Assembly: GCA_031835245.2 (NCBI GenBank)
Contig: JAVKOQ020000048.1
Location: 124,001 to 188,000, forward strand
Reading direction: 5' to 3'
DNA length: 64,000 nt
From: Balamuthia mandrillaris
Taxonomy: Eukaryota
Both the position numbers and the translations under genes were made by a program. Under the pieces are notes generated by a model. The model was not told the DNA's origin. It did not search any database and saw only the letters and a list, made by a program, of their open reading frames with translations. Below are positions 13,061 to 27,946 of the stretch, piece after piece (the stretch's first letter is position 1; every line of letters starts with the position of its first letter).

Positions 13061-13804
13061 AAAAGAGAGAGAGAGAGAGAGAAGGCGTTAAACTGTGCTG
13101 TTTGAAAGCTTAACATTACGCATGAAGCGCCGTTACCGTTGATAGAGACGCTGATATGGTTGTTTGCGAAATATGAGCTGTCCACAAGCAAAGCGCCGCC
13201 TACAAGTGCGAGTTAGCATGAACGAGACCCAAAGCAAGAGCAAAGTGAGAACGTTTATACCATCAATATAAATAGCAGCTCCGTGGTTCTCCAGAAAGGC
13301 GCAATGCTGGAAGCTAACCTGCTGCTTCCCAATGCTAACCATGTAATCTCCTTCGACGCCTCCCTTGAAAGAAACGCCGGTGAAGGAGGCGACCACCGCA
13401 GGATCAAACCTGTAGTTGTAGTTCCCGCTCGTGTCTGGTCGTTGAAAGACGAACATTTCAGGGTTGGGCCGGTCGGTCGTTGGCCAGGCTCGCACGGTAA
13501 CGTTGCGGCGGAACAGCCCAAAGTTACCGGCGGAACGGTACACTCCTTTCATGACGTAGATGCCAACGGGCTTGCGGTCAACAGGGTTTGGGGCTTGGTT
13601 AAGAGCATGGAAAAGAGTCTCGAAAGGCTGGTCGCGTGTGCCGGTAGAGCTCGGGCCATCGGAGCCAAATGGGCTGATGAAGAACCAGGAAGAGGGTTCA
13701 ACTTGGAGGTTCTGTGAGGAGGAAGAAGAAGCCGATGCAGCAAGGCAGCAACAATACAACAAGGCAAGGAGTAGCCCCGTGAACGGACTGAGAGCAGGGC
13801 GCAT
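12040..13804 (-). CDS. Secreted right-handed beta-helix / pectin-lyase-fold protein (DUF1565-like start, FxxN..GGA repeats)
   Basis: Signal peptide MRPALSPFTGLLLALL; FFISPFGSD..GTRDQPFETLFHAL; IYVMKGVY; repeated FLENHGAAI, FQENGGG..GGAL, FIGNH..GGAF, FAGNSANDGG. Multi-exon. Confidence 0.7.
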
Positions 13805-14212
13805 GGTGTGGGTGCTTCTGGTTCTGGTAGACCAGAGAGAAGGAGGAGGAGGGTAAAGTGGAATTGCCGCGTGACGATTAATGAATTTTTTGAAGCAATG
13901 GTTTCTAGGAAATTTTTAATAAAATTTAATTTTCTCATTCATGACGACACGATAAACAGATCAGCAACAAAAAAAAAAAAGGTTCATCGATAGGCTGCGG
14001 CGGGGCATTGGGCCGTTGTATCAACAAAGAAAATCGGTAGCAGGATGAAGGAAAACAAAAAGGTACTTGATTTTGTATGGACCTGTCTTTTTGTGGTAGC
14101 TGGTGTGCCTCTGTTCCTTTGTGTGGTTATTATTATTTTTTTTTTTGGGTCGCCTCGGCTCTCTCTCTTCTTTTGGCGTTTTGCTTTCATCAACTTTACA
14201 AAAAAAAAAAAA

Positions 14213-15999
14213 ATGGGGTCTTCCTTTACCAACAACAACATGATTCTTCTCTCCTCTTCCTTCTTTGTGTTCTTCACTCTGCTACCAACCTTAACAGACG
14301 CCACAGCAACAAACTCCCGAACCGCTCCACAAGAAGCTGCTGCTTTTGAGGACGACGATGAGGCGGAGGACAACCACTGGTGGCTGCTGTTGTTCTTGGC
14401 CATGTACGTGGTGCTTGCGGCCTCCCTCGCGGCGGCCTACTACTCCTCCGTGGGACTGCTTCTCTACGTCCTGCTGGACGAGCCTCGCCGCCGGGAGCTG
14501 CGCTCTGCCTTTCACGCCCGCAGCAAGCTGGCCATTTGGATGACGGAACAACCGCTCTGCCTTTGGCCTCGCGGCGCTGCGTTCTTGCTGCCCGATCGAT
14601 GGAGGAAGCTCTGCTGTTGGCCGTTGGCCGTGTACAAGGAAGTGCTGTTGATGGCGCTGTCGTTGCTGTCCTTCGCGTTGTTCCTGTACGAGACGGAGAG
14701 AGTGGCGCGGGATGGGGAGGAGGAGGTGAAGGCCTTGTTTCGCTCCCAGTGGCTTTGTTGGACAGAGTTTGCAATCTCGGCGGTGTTCCTCTGCGATTGG
14801 ACGCTTCATTTGTTCACCACCAGAAACAAGTTTGTAGTTTTTTTCGCTTTCTTCCTCTTGGTCTTCATGTCTTTGTCGTTTCGTTTCGGTTGACTGACAA
14901 GACAAACGGTTTAACAGATGGAAGTATCTCTTTCTGAGGATAGGACCGATAGCTGACCTTGTAGCATCATTGCCTGGCTTGGTTGCTCCCATTACTGGTC
15001 GCTATTACTATGGCCTTCAGTTCCTTCGGTTGCAGCGAATCCTTCGTGGCTTGTACACTTTGGGTCGCTATGGCTGGAATCCCATCATGTGTACTTCCTC
15101 CCATCTCTCGTTACTTCTCCTCTCTCGTAGCTCATCTCTCCTCTTGCATCTTTCTCTCTCATCTTCCCTTATTTCTCGTCTTACTTTGTTCACTTCTTTT
15201 TACTTCCATAACTTCTCTGTTGGTGACGACTCTGAAATCTCATTCACCAATTATTCTGGCAGACCCATCGAGTGTACGTGTTAATGCTTCTCAGCAGTAT
15301 CAAGAATAATGCAATGCTAACCTTCCTTCGTCCTACAGAAATTGCTGATGGCTATATTGTGCGGTTTGGTGACGCTGGTGATGATGGCCAGTCTTATCTT
15401 TGTAGTCGAGAACGCAACACTGAACAGACCGCACACTGGCGGACTCGTTACTCTGCTTGATGCCGTTTATTTCATCATGGTGATGAGCGCTACCGTCGGA
15501 TTTGGAGACATTACTCCCACGTCGGAACTTGGCAAACTTTTTGTCATAGTGTTTATCATATTAGCAATCATCTTGTTTCCGTTCTTCTTTACGACCATCA
15601 AATCGGCCTTCGAACAGTTTCAAGGTCCGTTCATCCTACTCACTTTTGCCACATGTTTATCGTGTTAACAAGACTTGTCATTTATTGGTCGAAAATTGAT
15701 AGTGGAAAGACAGTATCGTGGGCCAAGCCAACATATTGTTGTGTGTGGATATTCTTCCACGCTGTTGGACTTTTTCATGGAGTTCTATCATGCTGTAAGT
15801 GTTGTTAACTGTGAACTCTCGTCAACTGCCGTAACTGTGTTTATTTCTTTGGACCAAAAATTAATAGGGACGGGAGTACATTCCAACAAAAGCATTGATA
15901 CTTGCCGAGAAGAAGCTACCAACACGATTGCAGCGATTCTTTGACGAGCCATATCTTTCCTCTCGTGTTGATTTGCTTCGTGGCAAGCCAACCGTACGA

Positions 16000-16044
<45 letters not shown>

Positions 16045-19000
16045 TCTCTTTCTGAAAGAGTTTAGCCCTAACATTTGACTTTGGCTTCTATATCAGTCTG
16101 AATTCGACCTAAAGCGAGCAAAGCTTCAGACAAGTTCAATGTGCGTTTTATTGTCTAATGGCAGTTCTGAGAAAGATGACATAGGTTAGTGGCCACTGTC
16201 CTTATTTGTATTTTTTCACTAAACGCAACGTTTGTTTGAAGCTGTGACATTGGGTGCATTATCCGTTCAACATTTTAATCTAGCACAAACTATCTTGGCC
16301 CATGTTAACAGTCTTCGTTGCAAGGTATGGCTAAGATTAACTCTTTTAAAAAACACTCTGAGTCAGTCTTTCTCTAACCCTTACCTCCTTAAGAATTTAC
16401 TTGTAAGGGCTAATATCAGGAACGTTATATGCGAGGAGGAACTAAAGCTGGTAAGTCAGAACAACATTGTTTGCTCAGAAATATTCTTCTTTATTGTTGT
16501 TAACGCTACTGTTCTCTTCTATCAATGAAGGGATTGATAGCTCAAAGTTGCGTTTGTCCCGGATTCAGCACGCTTCTTGGGAATCTGCTGCGAACCTTTG
16601 CGGCCAATAAAGTGCTAGAGTCCAGGTCTCGCCATCACCTCAAACACATGCATTACATGATGCATTCATATCGCTCTCATCCTCCTGCATCGCTTTGGGA
16701 ACAGGCTTACGGTGTCTATCTCTTGCTCTTGCTCTTGCTCTTGCTCTTGCTCTTGCTCTTGCTCTTGCTCTTGCTCTTGCTCTTGCTCTTGCTCTTGCTC
16801 TTGCTTTGTTTGCTCTTGCTCTTGCTCTTGCTCTTGCTCTGTTTGCTCTTGCTCTTGCTCTTGCTCTTGCTCTTGCTCTTGCTCTTGCTCTTGCTCTTGC
16901 TCTTGCTCTTGCTCTTGCTCTTGCTCTTGCTCTTGCTCTTCGTAATCTTCTATCTGACGATTACCACTATCATTGTCAACCCTTTTCTTAGAGAGAAGCT
17001 TGGGAATGAGCATCTGTTCTCTGGAACGCATGACTGCCCTCCACGGCCTTCGCTTTGTAGAGGCAGTACGCCTATGCGTTCATTACTTTGGCTGTCTTCT
17101 CATCGGCGTACGTCGTAAAACCAGCAGTACCGCTTTTTACCAACAACCAAGGTTTGATGGTATTGTGCTTAATCCAAGTGGAGAATACGTCATCCAGCAA
17201 GGTGATGAAGGGATATTCATAACCCAGTCCCGTTCCGAGCTCCTTTGCATTGAGCAGTGGGAACAAGGCCGCTTCTCCAGGGCTGTACGTTTATCTCCTA
17301 TTCTATTCTTATAGTTTCTCTATTTTTTGTTCATTCTTCCTTTCTTTTCTTTATTTTAGGCAATGCAAAGACGCTTTAGCCATGGTACTAGAGCAGGATG
17401 GGACAGAGTAAAGCAACGGCTTAGAAGGGCATTACCGCTCAAGAGTGATCCACAAGCGATACGCGCTTTCATACGACGATGCAGAAAAGAAACGACTGGA
17501 AGACACTACCGTTCTTTCTCGGATTATGAAGAGGAAGAAGAGGAAGAAGAGGAGGAAGAGGAGGAGGGCGTTTCCTTTAGTGTGAGAAGTAGACCTACAA
17601 CGAGTTCAGGAGGGATGTACGGCACTTTCGACGAGACTGTGCGCCGTGATGTTCGTTATCATCTTATTCCTAATCAGAAAGAAGAGAAGGAGGAAATGGA
17701 AGAGGAAGAACATGGCACAACAGGAAACCAAGTCCCGTTGCTGGAATCTGGAAAAAAAGGAGTTGGAGAAGAAGTAATGGAGGACGTCAGTGAAGAGACA
17801 GGAGGGTCGGCTTCGCTGGACATCTTGAAAGATATCCTTACAGAGGAAGCAACAGGACAAGCCGCTCCGATTCGTCGATACTCCCACCTCATCACCTCGG
17901 ATAGAAGAAGTCTACATGACTGCACCATCACAGACGTACGAGAGGAACCCATCTTCCGCAACAAAAACTTTAACCACGTCGTCATCACGGGCAATCTCGT
18001 GGGAATTGCTCGTTTCATTCTTCGCCTTAGAGCTTCTGACATGAGTGGCGCTTTCTCAGAGCCAAAACCGATCGTGCTGCTTTCTCCGGAACTTCCTTCG
18101 CCCTCTCTTTGGAAGAGCATCTCTATCTTCCCTCGAGTTTACTTTGTCCAAGGACAACAACTGGACAGAGATGACCTGCGACGATGTGGCGTGGAACATG
18201 CGGCGCAGATTGTTATCATCTCGAAAGGAGGTTCTTCCTCGAGTGACAAACACAAGTTGGAAGATGAGAAAGCTGACAGTTGTTCAGATGCCACCGCCGT
18301 TCTTATGTATAGACTGCTTCAGACGATGTCTTGTCACCACTCTTTCATCTTTTTGAGCATTAGTACGTTCTCCTATCTCCCTTGACTATCCTTTGCTAAC
18401 AAATTCGAATGCAGGAGACGTAACAAGCAGCAAATACTTGCCAGGACAAAAGGCGGGAAGGGACAGAGAGCCCGACTTCATCAAACATCCTCTCTACACC
18501 TCTGGCAGGATCTACTACGACGGGCTGTTGACGACACTTCTTTCGCAGGCATGCTTCCAGCCGGGCATCATTTCCATTGTTCGCTCTCTGATCTCCCATC
18601 AAGTCTTTTTGCTACGAGTTAGCTCTTTTGCCATGCAAGTACGTATTTTCTCCTCTGTCTTCTCTCTTCTCTCGCTTATCTCTCCTCTCTTCTCTCCTTT
18701 GTCTTAAATCAAATGAAGGGACTGGTATTTGGAGAGGCTTTGGAAGAACTGTTAGAAAACAGCGATCTCTTAGTTGTTGGCTTGTTTCGAACAGAATTTA
18801 AATTCGATCGCAACAAGGAAGACGAAGATGAGGAAGAAGAACAACTAAAAGAAGAGAGCGATCGCTTCCTACTAGGCACCACTGGCTTGGGTACTTTTCC
18901 CTCTTTGTTTCTTTTTCCTCTACGCTCTCCTCCAGTTGCTGATAGATGAGGGGAAAAAAAACAGTGGAGCAGACGGGGTTATACCAAGCTGGCAGCAGCG

Positions 19001-19113
19001 GCGAACAGCCGCCGTACAATCGGCGTTACGTCATGACGAACCCAACTTGGGATACGGTGCTCAGAGCCTCTGATTGTTTATTTGTGATGGCGCCCAACAA
19101 CGTTGTTCATTAG
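14213..19113 (+). CDS. Slo/BK-family potassium channel alpha subunit with two RCK domains
   Basis: TM helices, S4 LQFLRLQRILR, pore AVYFIMVMSATVGFGDITP, RCK1 HIVVCG, LIAQSCVCPGFSTLLGNL, RCK2 HVVITG, C-terminal RYVMTNP..LRASDCLFVM. Confidence 0.9.
16720..16940 (+). repeat. (CTTGCT)n hexamer microsatellite in a BK channel intron
   Basis: Seen directly. Confidence 0.95.
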
Positions 19114-19222
19114 AACGAGAGATGAAAGAGAACAGAGGTGAACGAAAAGGTTATGTATGTTATTGTAATGGATAACGCAAAGTAGGTGCGATGGGGGGGA
19201 CTCAGTTGAGATGTAAGCAATT

Positions 19223-20933
<1,711 letters not shown>

Positions 20934-21365
20934 GGTTTTTTTTTGTCGGTGTGTGGTGCGTGTGTGGCTTGTGCGTGTGTGTTCGAACAAAAATTCAAGA
21001 TAGAAAGGAGAAAGAAAAATCACAAAAATCATTATATGATTGACTGATTATGTCATTGCTAATCATTTATTAATTATTTGGAAACTTCAAAATTTATCCT
21101 TTTTTTGGCGAAATTTTAAGGTTGTCTTACGTGTCCTTTGGAACACCTTAAAAACTACACACCTCCTGCAGTTTTTGTTCTCAAAACGGATCTATAATTT
21201 TAAGGTAGCACCACCTCAAAACGTAATCTGGTCTTTTTTTTCCTCTCTCTCTCTCTCTCTTCTCTCCGTGCGGAACTTATTCCCTGGGAGTGGAACTCTT
21301 TTGCTTTCCCCCCAAAAAAGAAAGAAGCGAAAGCAACAAAAGTGGGGGAGGGAGGGAGGAGAAAA

Positions 21366-22568
21366 ATGGAGGAGGAGGAGGCAAAGCGTGAATTTGTCGA
21401 CTGGATGAAAGCCACAAAGACCAAAACCAAGAATAAAAAGGGAGGTGAAGCAGAAGAGGAGGAGGAAGAGGAGGATGCTGAAATGGAACCCAATGGGAGG
21501 AGAGCAACGTTGAAGCACAGAGGCTCCATTATAGCTTTTGCGGCTTGGGGGGATGGGTCGAAGCTCAGGCCCATTTCTTCGTCCTCTTCTTCCTCCCAAA
21601 AACCAAACGTTACACCTAAAAAACCAAACAAGAAAAAACACACCCCTCACTCGTTATATTCTCCGTCTTCTTCCTCATCGTCCTCTTCTGCTTCTTCGTC
21701 GGAGGAAGAGGAGGAGGACGAAGAGCAGCAACACGTTACCACTGCTGAACGGAAGAAGAAGATGAAACAGAAGCAAGGCTCGATCATCAGTTGGCAGGCG
21801 TGGGGCCAGGGTAACAAGCTTCGTCCCTCTGCTGCAGCAGCAACGACGAAGGCCGCTTCTGCTTCGAAGCACCAGAAGAAAGAGAAGCAACAACGACTCG
21901 AAACGTTCCGAAGAAAGATGAGAAAGCTTTCCCAGGGAGAAAAGCACACCGAAGCAGAAGCCGAAGCCGAAGAGGAAGCAAAAGAAGAGGAGGAGGAAGG
22001 ACAGGAACGTATTAACATGGACGAAGAAGGAGAGGAGGAAGAGGCAAGTTCATCAGAGGAGGAGGAGGAAGAGGAGGGCTCTTCTTCGTCGTCCTCCTCC
22101 TCCGCAATGTCGACCATTAGCGAACCTGAAAATGAGAATGTTGACGAAGAAGACGATGAAGAAAAAGGTATCCACTCTTCTTTCATCGCGTGAATCTTGT
22201 TCTTGTTCTTGTTCTTCTTATTCTTTGCTTCTTTGCTTTTCTTCTTTCTTCTCCTTCTCCTTCTCCTTCTCCTTCTCCTCCTCCTCCTCCTTCTCCTTCT
22301 ACTCCTTCTCCTTCTCCTCCTTCTCCTTCTCCTTCTCCTTGCTGTCGTTGCTTCCAAGAAGAAAGAGAGAGCTAACGTAACGTTTCAAAAACAGTTCGGA
22401 AAATGGTAATTGTGAGGCGGGTGTTCAACAAATGGAGAGATAAAACGGTTTGTCCTGCTAACAGTTCTTTTTTTTAAAATGCGTCTTCTCCGCTTGTTTT
22501 TTCTCTTTCGTATTTTTCTCTCTCTATTATTATTATTTTTATCTCTCTGCTCTCTGCTTTCTCTCTCT

Positions 22569-22620
<52 letters not shown>

Positions 22621-22641
22621 TCTCTCTCTCTCTCTCTCTCT

Positions 22642-22725
<84 letters not shown>

Positions 22726-24646
22726 TCTCTCTCTCGTTTTTTTTCTTCCTGTTTGTCTGTGCAGCAAATAACAAACAACGACGTGAATAGTTTACAGAAA
22801 GGGAACTACAATTGCAAGAACGGAGAAAAAGAAGAAGCAAAAGCCCACCCTCAAACAAGGACAAAACTTCAGGTCATCGTCCCCATTCTTCCCGCACAGG
22901 AATAAAGGATAGAGCTAGCAGGAACCGCATCTACCGGCGATACCGAAGGCCCAACTTGTTGTACAAAGTACTTGTTCCCCACTTATCAATCTTCTTTTAA
23001 GCACTTTTAACCGTCATCCTTTTCTCCTTTCTTTCTCATATAATAAGGGTGTATATAGCATAGAAGACTTGTGGAGTCGGTACTTTTGGTGGTGTGCCTA
23101 TCTTACGGGCACAATGAAGGAATGGTCGTGTTTGGCAGGTCGGTTCTGGCCTTTGGATTTCTTGGATTACACTCTGAGAGGTAGCGGACAGGTCTACTTC
23201 ACCAACAATCCGATCACCGGATTGTTCTTGTTGATCGGCATCTTTGCGGAAGATGCCTATTTGGGCGTTTGTGCTCTGTTAGGACTTGTTAGTTCCACAA
23301 CTTTTGCTGTATTTCTCGGTTCGTAATCTTCCTCCATGCATTTGTTATATCTTTTTTTGCACTCATCGGTTGTGCTATCAGGGGTAAACAAGAGCACGAT
23401 CAGAGGCGGTCTTTTTGGGTACAATGGTTTGTTGACGGGCGCTGCTTTGGGCCTCTTTGTAGGATATGGAGAGTGGGATTGGAGGACCTTGCTTGTCATC
23501 ATTCCGATATCATGGGTTACTGTGGTAATCCATCTCTTTGGCTTACTCTCTCTCTCTCTCTCCCTCCCTCCCTCGTTTTATTAAAAATGTCGGCCTTTAG
23601 TTCTTGCAATTAGGTCTGGGTAACATGTTGATTCCTATCTGGCGGGCCCCTCCCTTCACGATGCCCTTCAACTTTGCCACATGGATATTTCTTATAGCAG
23701 CATTGAACTATGCTCATTGGCCATTGGCCCTCCCTTCTCCTTCTTTACCCGACCACGCAACTACTGACCTGTTCGAGTACGACTTTGACGCATTAGCTTT
23801 GTTTGAAGCAGTTTTCAAGGTATTGGCATTTGTTATAACTGCTTGTCACTCACTATATGTGAATATTGGAGCTGATAGTTGGTGATATGGTGCAGGGCAT
23901 TGGACAAGTCTGTTTTGCAGAGAGCACCTTGAGTGGGGTGCTCATGCTGATAGGCCTTGCCGTATGCTCTCGTATCGTCGCGCTTTTTGCTATTTTGGGC
24001 TCAGGTACTTCATGCTTTGCTATGCTTTCTATCATGCTCTTGCTTCAACTTCTTACGCATCTATGAAAAGCGGTTGGAATATTGACAGGGTTTGCAATGG
24101 GAGCAAACCAAGAGGAAATAGAGATTGGGTTGTGGGGATACAATCCAGTGCTTGGCACCATCGCCATAGGCGGGATGTTCTTCGTGCTTAACTGGCGGTC
24201 GGCCATCCTTGCCTTGTTTTGTGGTGCCCTGTGCAGTCTCCTCTTTGGCACGTTCAAGGTCATCGTTTCGGTGTTGGGCATGCCGGCCCTCACCTTCCCC
24301 TTTTGCGTTGGGGCTTTCCTCTTTGTGCTAATGCAAGGCTCTTTCCCTGGTACTTCCTCCTTCCTCTCTTCTTCCTTCCACCCTTTCTCTCTGCCTTGTC
24401 TAAGACAAAAAGTTGCTTGCTTGTAATGTAGGATTGGTATCGGTCAGTTTGGTGAGCATGTCCTCGCCAGAGGGACACCTGCGGTGGCACAGGCTGGCAA
24501 ACCTAGTCATAACGGCGCTGCGCCAGAACGCCGAGAAGGCGCCGAAACAGCGGCGGCGCCGCCACCAGCTGAACGTCGACAAGCATCGACAAAAGAAAAA
24601 GACAAAGATGAAATCCAACTCCACGAAGCCCATGATTAAAGAATAA
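21366..24646 (+). CDS. Urea transporter (UT/SLC14 family) with long acidic/Ser-rich N-terminus
   Basis: LRGSGQVYFTNNPITGL, GLFGYNGLL, PFTMPFN, GIGQVCF, GLWGYNPVL and PALTFPF show the duplicated UT architecture. Linkage of the N-terminal exons is inferred. Confidence 0.88.
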
Positions 24647-24680
24647 AAGAAGTTCTTTTTTTTGTTTGTTTGTTTAAAGC

Positions 24681-26031
24681 TCATTCCTCAGAGACTTGTG
24701 GTGGTTGGGGTTGATAATGTTGTTGTTGTCCCTTTGCTGCGAAGGAGGCATCATCAGCTGCCACGCCGCCCTCCTCGTTGTGGTTATGCCTCCCTCCAGC
24801 AGGACCACGTCTGCCACCCCCTCTTCCACCGCTACCACCACGCATTCCTCGGCCACCACCACCGCCTCTTCTTCTTCCTTGTTGTTGTTGTTGGCCTCCT
24901 CTTCCTCCATTTCCTGACCGTCTTCTGTTCTTTTGGTTGTTCTCAAAAGAAGTCTCCTCCGAATTTTGTTCTCCTTCCGCGTTATGTGTATCCACCGCTG
25001 GCTCAACTCCATCTTGCTGGCCGTTCACAAAGTTGTTCGCCTCCGTTTCTTTTTGTTGCCTGTTGTTTCTTCTGCCCATCGAATGACTTCCTCCCCTTCG
25101 ACGACCAGCACCACCTCCCCTTCCTCCTCTACCACCTCTTCCTCTTCCTCCAAATTGTTGTTGATCCTCTCCTCCAAGACTCTCCTCCCCTGCCACTGCT
25201 TCATGCTCACCTGTGGTGACAGCGTTGGCATCATCTTGTTGTTGCATTCCCACTCTTCCCCTTCTGTGATGCTGGTTATTATAAAAGTTTCTGTGACCAC
25301 CTCTTCCTCCTCTCCCACCTCTGCCTCCCCGGCCTCTATCCTCCCTGAATCTTCCTCTTCCGCCATGTTTCTTCCCCCGTCCTCTCGTCGCGCTTTCTCC
25401 ATCCACTTGTTCGTCTAGTTGTTGACCTTCTTCTGTTTCTTCTCCTTCTTGTTGTTCCGTTTGTGCTATTTGTTGCTGTTGTTCCAAGAACAAACGGTCT
25501 TCCTCCTCCTCAATAACCACTCCTTCATCCCAAGTGACCACCGAGATAGCTCCCGCTTTGGCTCTCGTCTCGGCCGTCTGGCGAGCAAGTGCTTCTGCTG
25601 CCGCTCGTGCTGCCTCCGCCTCGGCAGCAGCTGCAGCAGCGGCTTCAGCTGCAGCGGCGGCCTCGGCTGCTTCTCGTGCTAACCTCTCTTCTTCTGCTTT
25701 CTGAGAAATAAAATAAAAGTCAATCTCGTTTGCACAGAGAGAGAGAGAGAGAGAACAAACCTTGAGGGCAAGAAGTCGGGCTTCGGTAGCTGCTTTAAGC
25801 TTTACATCAAGTCCTTCGAACTTTTGAAGTAGTTCAGCGTCTACAAAAAGAGAGAAAGTTGTCAACTTCACGTAGTTCATAGCGGTAGAAAATACATGAA
25901 AGCGTACATGTGGTGCTTGGGACGACAGGTGCAGCTCGTTTGCTTGCGTTTAAGAAATTTTGTAGAGTCAGAGCACTTCTCGCAATAGTTACTTCGCTCC
26001 TTTTAGAGTCCGCCAAAAGTTAAGCCATTGA

Positions 26032-26063
<32 letters not shown>

Positions 26064-26180
26064 TTAGGATGCAAACCTCTCCCGCAAATCAGGATAGAAG
26101 ATTTCGTGCTGTAGCTGCCCCAAAAGAAGTAGGTCCGAGTCCTAGTAGAGCAAAAACAAGCACTCAATCAGCATGAGGGG

Positions 26181-26224
<44 letters not shown>

Positions 26225-27270
26225 ACAGGTTCGTCGTACAAGCTCAATCAGTTGGGTTTCGGAGAGCATTGATCTGACTTCATAGGCTTCTTCGGTGTGT
26301 TGTGTGAATAAGGTGGTTAAATGGAACATCGATACAAGTTTTCTGGTCAAAACCTAATTGTGAAAAAGCAAATCTGTTCGTAAAAATATAGTTCAGGAGG
26401 AAACAAAGGGCAATTATAGTTATGTCTTACTCTTTCGTGCTCCTTAAGTAGCTTTTGTTGGGCAATTCGTTCTTCGTGTGCAATCTTCACCAACTTTTCC
26501 TTCATGTCCTGTAGCTCTTGCACCAGTCTCAACGTTTCTGGATGAATGAAACTTTGTGTCAGGAGAGAAAGAGAGAGAGGTCAGGAGGAGAGAGAGAGAG
26601 TACCAGGTTTGTGTTTGACAGCCTCGATTTGGTCCTCGTTCACCCTCTTGCCTTTTGCAATGCTCTCTTCAAACTGTTCCAACTTGCGAACCTTCTTCTT
26701 TTGAGCACGAATTCTCTTCGAAACCAGCTCAATATAGGCACTCTCCACCACGTCACCATTGTGGTTGGTGGCGGATAGGGAGTCATCGCTGTTCGCCACA
26801 GCAGCAGCGTCGCTACTGGCGGCAGTGGTGGGGGCAGTTGCTGAAAGTATGGATGGGGGTGTTGATGTTCCGTTGGCCAACGGGTGGCTCTCCAATGGGA
26901 AAGCGGAACCTTTCTTCTTTTGCTTCCGGGTCTTCTTGGCTTTGCCGTTGCTCTCTCCGTTGCCGTTGCCAGTCGATATGAGAATGGTAGTAGGGGTTGG
27001 GTTTATGCTCACTCTTTTCTTTGTTTTAGCGATGATGGGAGTAGTGCCTCCATTCTCCTCCAAACGTGGTTGTTCGGGTGACGGCGTGATAGGAGTGGTT
27101 GTTTCAGTGTTGTCGGTTGCTGTTGTTGTGACGGAGGAGGAGGAAGGAGAGGGTGCGGAGTCTGTTGAGTCCGTGACAGTGGTGGCTGGTGGGGATGCGG
27201 TGTCGATGGGGGCTCCGTTGGTGGTGGCGGCGGTGGCGGTGGCGGCGTTGTTGCTTTCGGTTTCAGCCAT
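24681..27270 (-). CDS. Caprin-1-like RNA-binding protein (HR1-like coiled region plus RGG-rich tail)
   Basis: SKRIRAQKKKVRKLEQFEESIAKGKRVNEDQIEAVKHK resembles the Caprin KKLRNLEKK..LNQDQLDAV motif. Long RGG/Gly/Gln C-terminus. Multi-exon. Confidence 0.6.
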
Positions 27271-27946
27271 TTGATTTGGTAGGGAGTTTTTTGGAGTAGA
27301 ACGCTGTGAGGGACAAAAGCGTGAGAGTTTGTTATTGAACGGAATTCGATTGTGGATAAAAAATAACAATTAAAGTTTGTTTGTTTTTTTTTTTTTGTTT
27401 TTGCGAATTGGATTTTTGGGCACAACCAACAGTGGTAAAAAAAAAAGTGTACAAAGGAGGGAAAGCGTTCGATCAAAAAAAAAAAATGAAGAGTGGAAGA
27501 AGATAAACAAACAAAAGATTGACAGTAAACAAACAACGAGTTTTTTTTTTTAAAAAAAAAAGGTATTCTGACAGAAAGAGGAGCAAAAAAAAGAGCGGAC
27601 AGACTTTTCTCTTACCTTTTTGCTTCGAAGGATGAGTGAACTTTGTTGTTTGTTCTACAGGACGAACACACAAGTGTGGTTGGTTGGTTGGTTGGTTGTT
27701 TTGAAGGGGGAAGAAGGAAGAAGAAGCGAGCCGCTACTTTGCTGCTACCTTTTTTTTTTATTTTTCTTTCTCTCCGTCGTCGCTATTATTTTTGGTGTGC
27801 CACTTCTTTCTTGTCTTTGGAGGTCGACGAAAATAAAATTCCGTCGACTTATCCGGGACGACATGATTTTAATCGGGACGACGTGAATGAAGATCTCGAT
27901 TTATTTATTTTTTTTGCTGAACAGAAAATAAAAAAGAACAGAAAAG

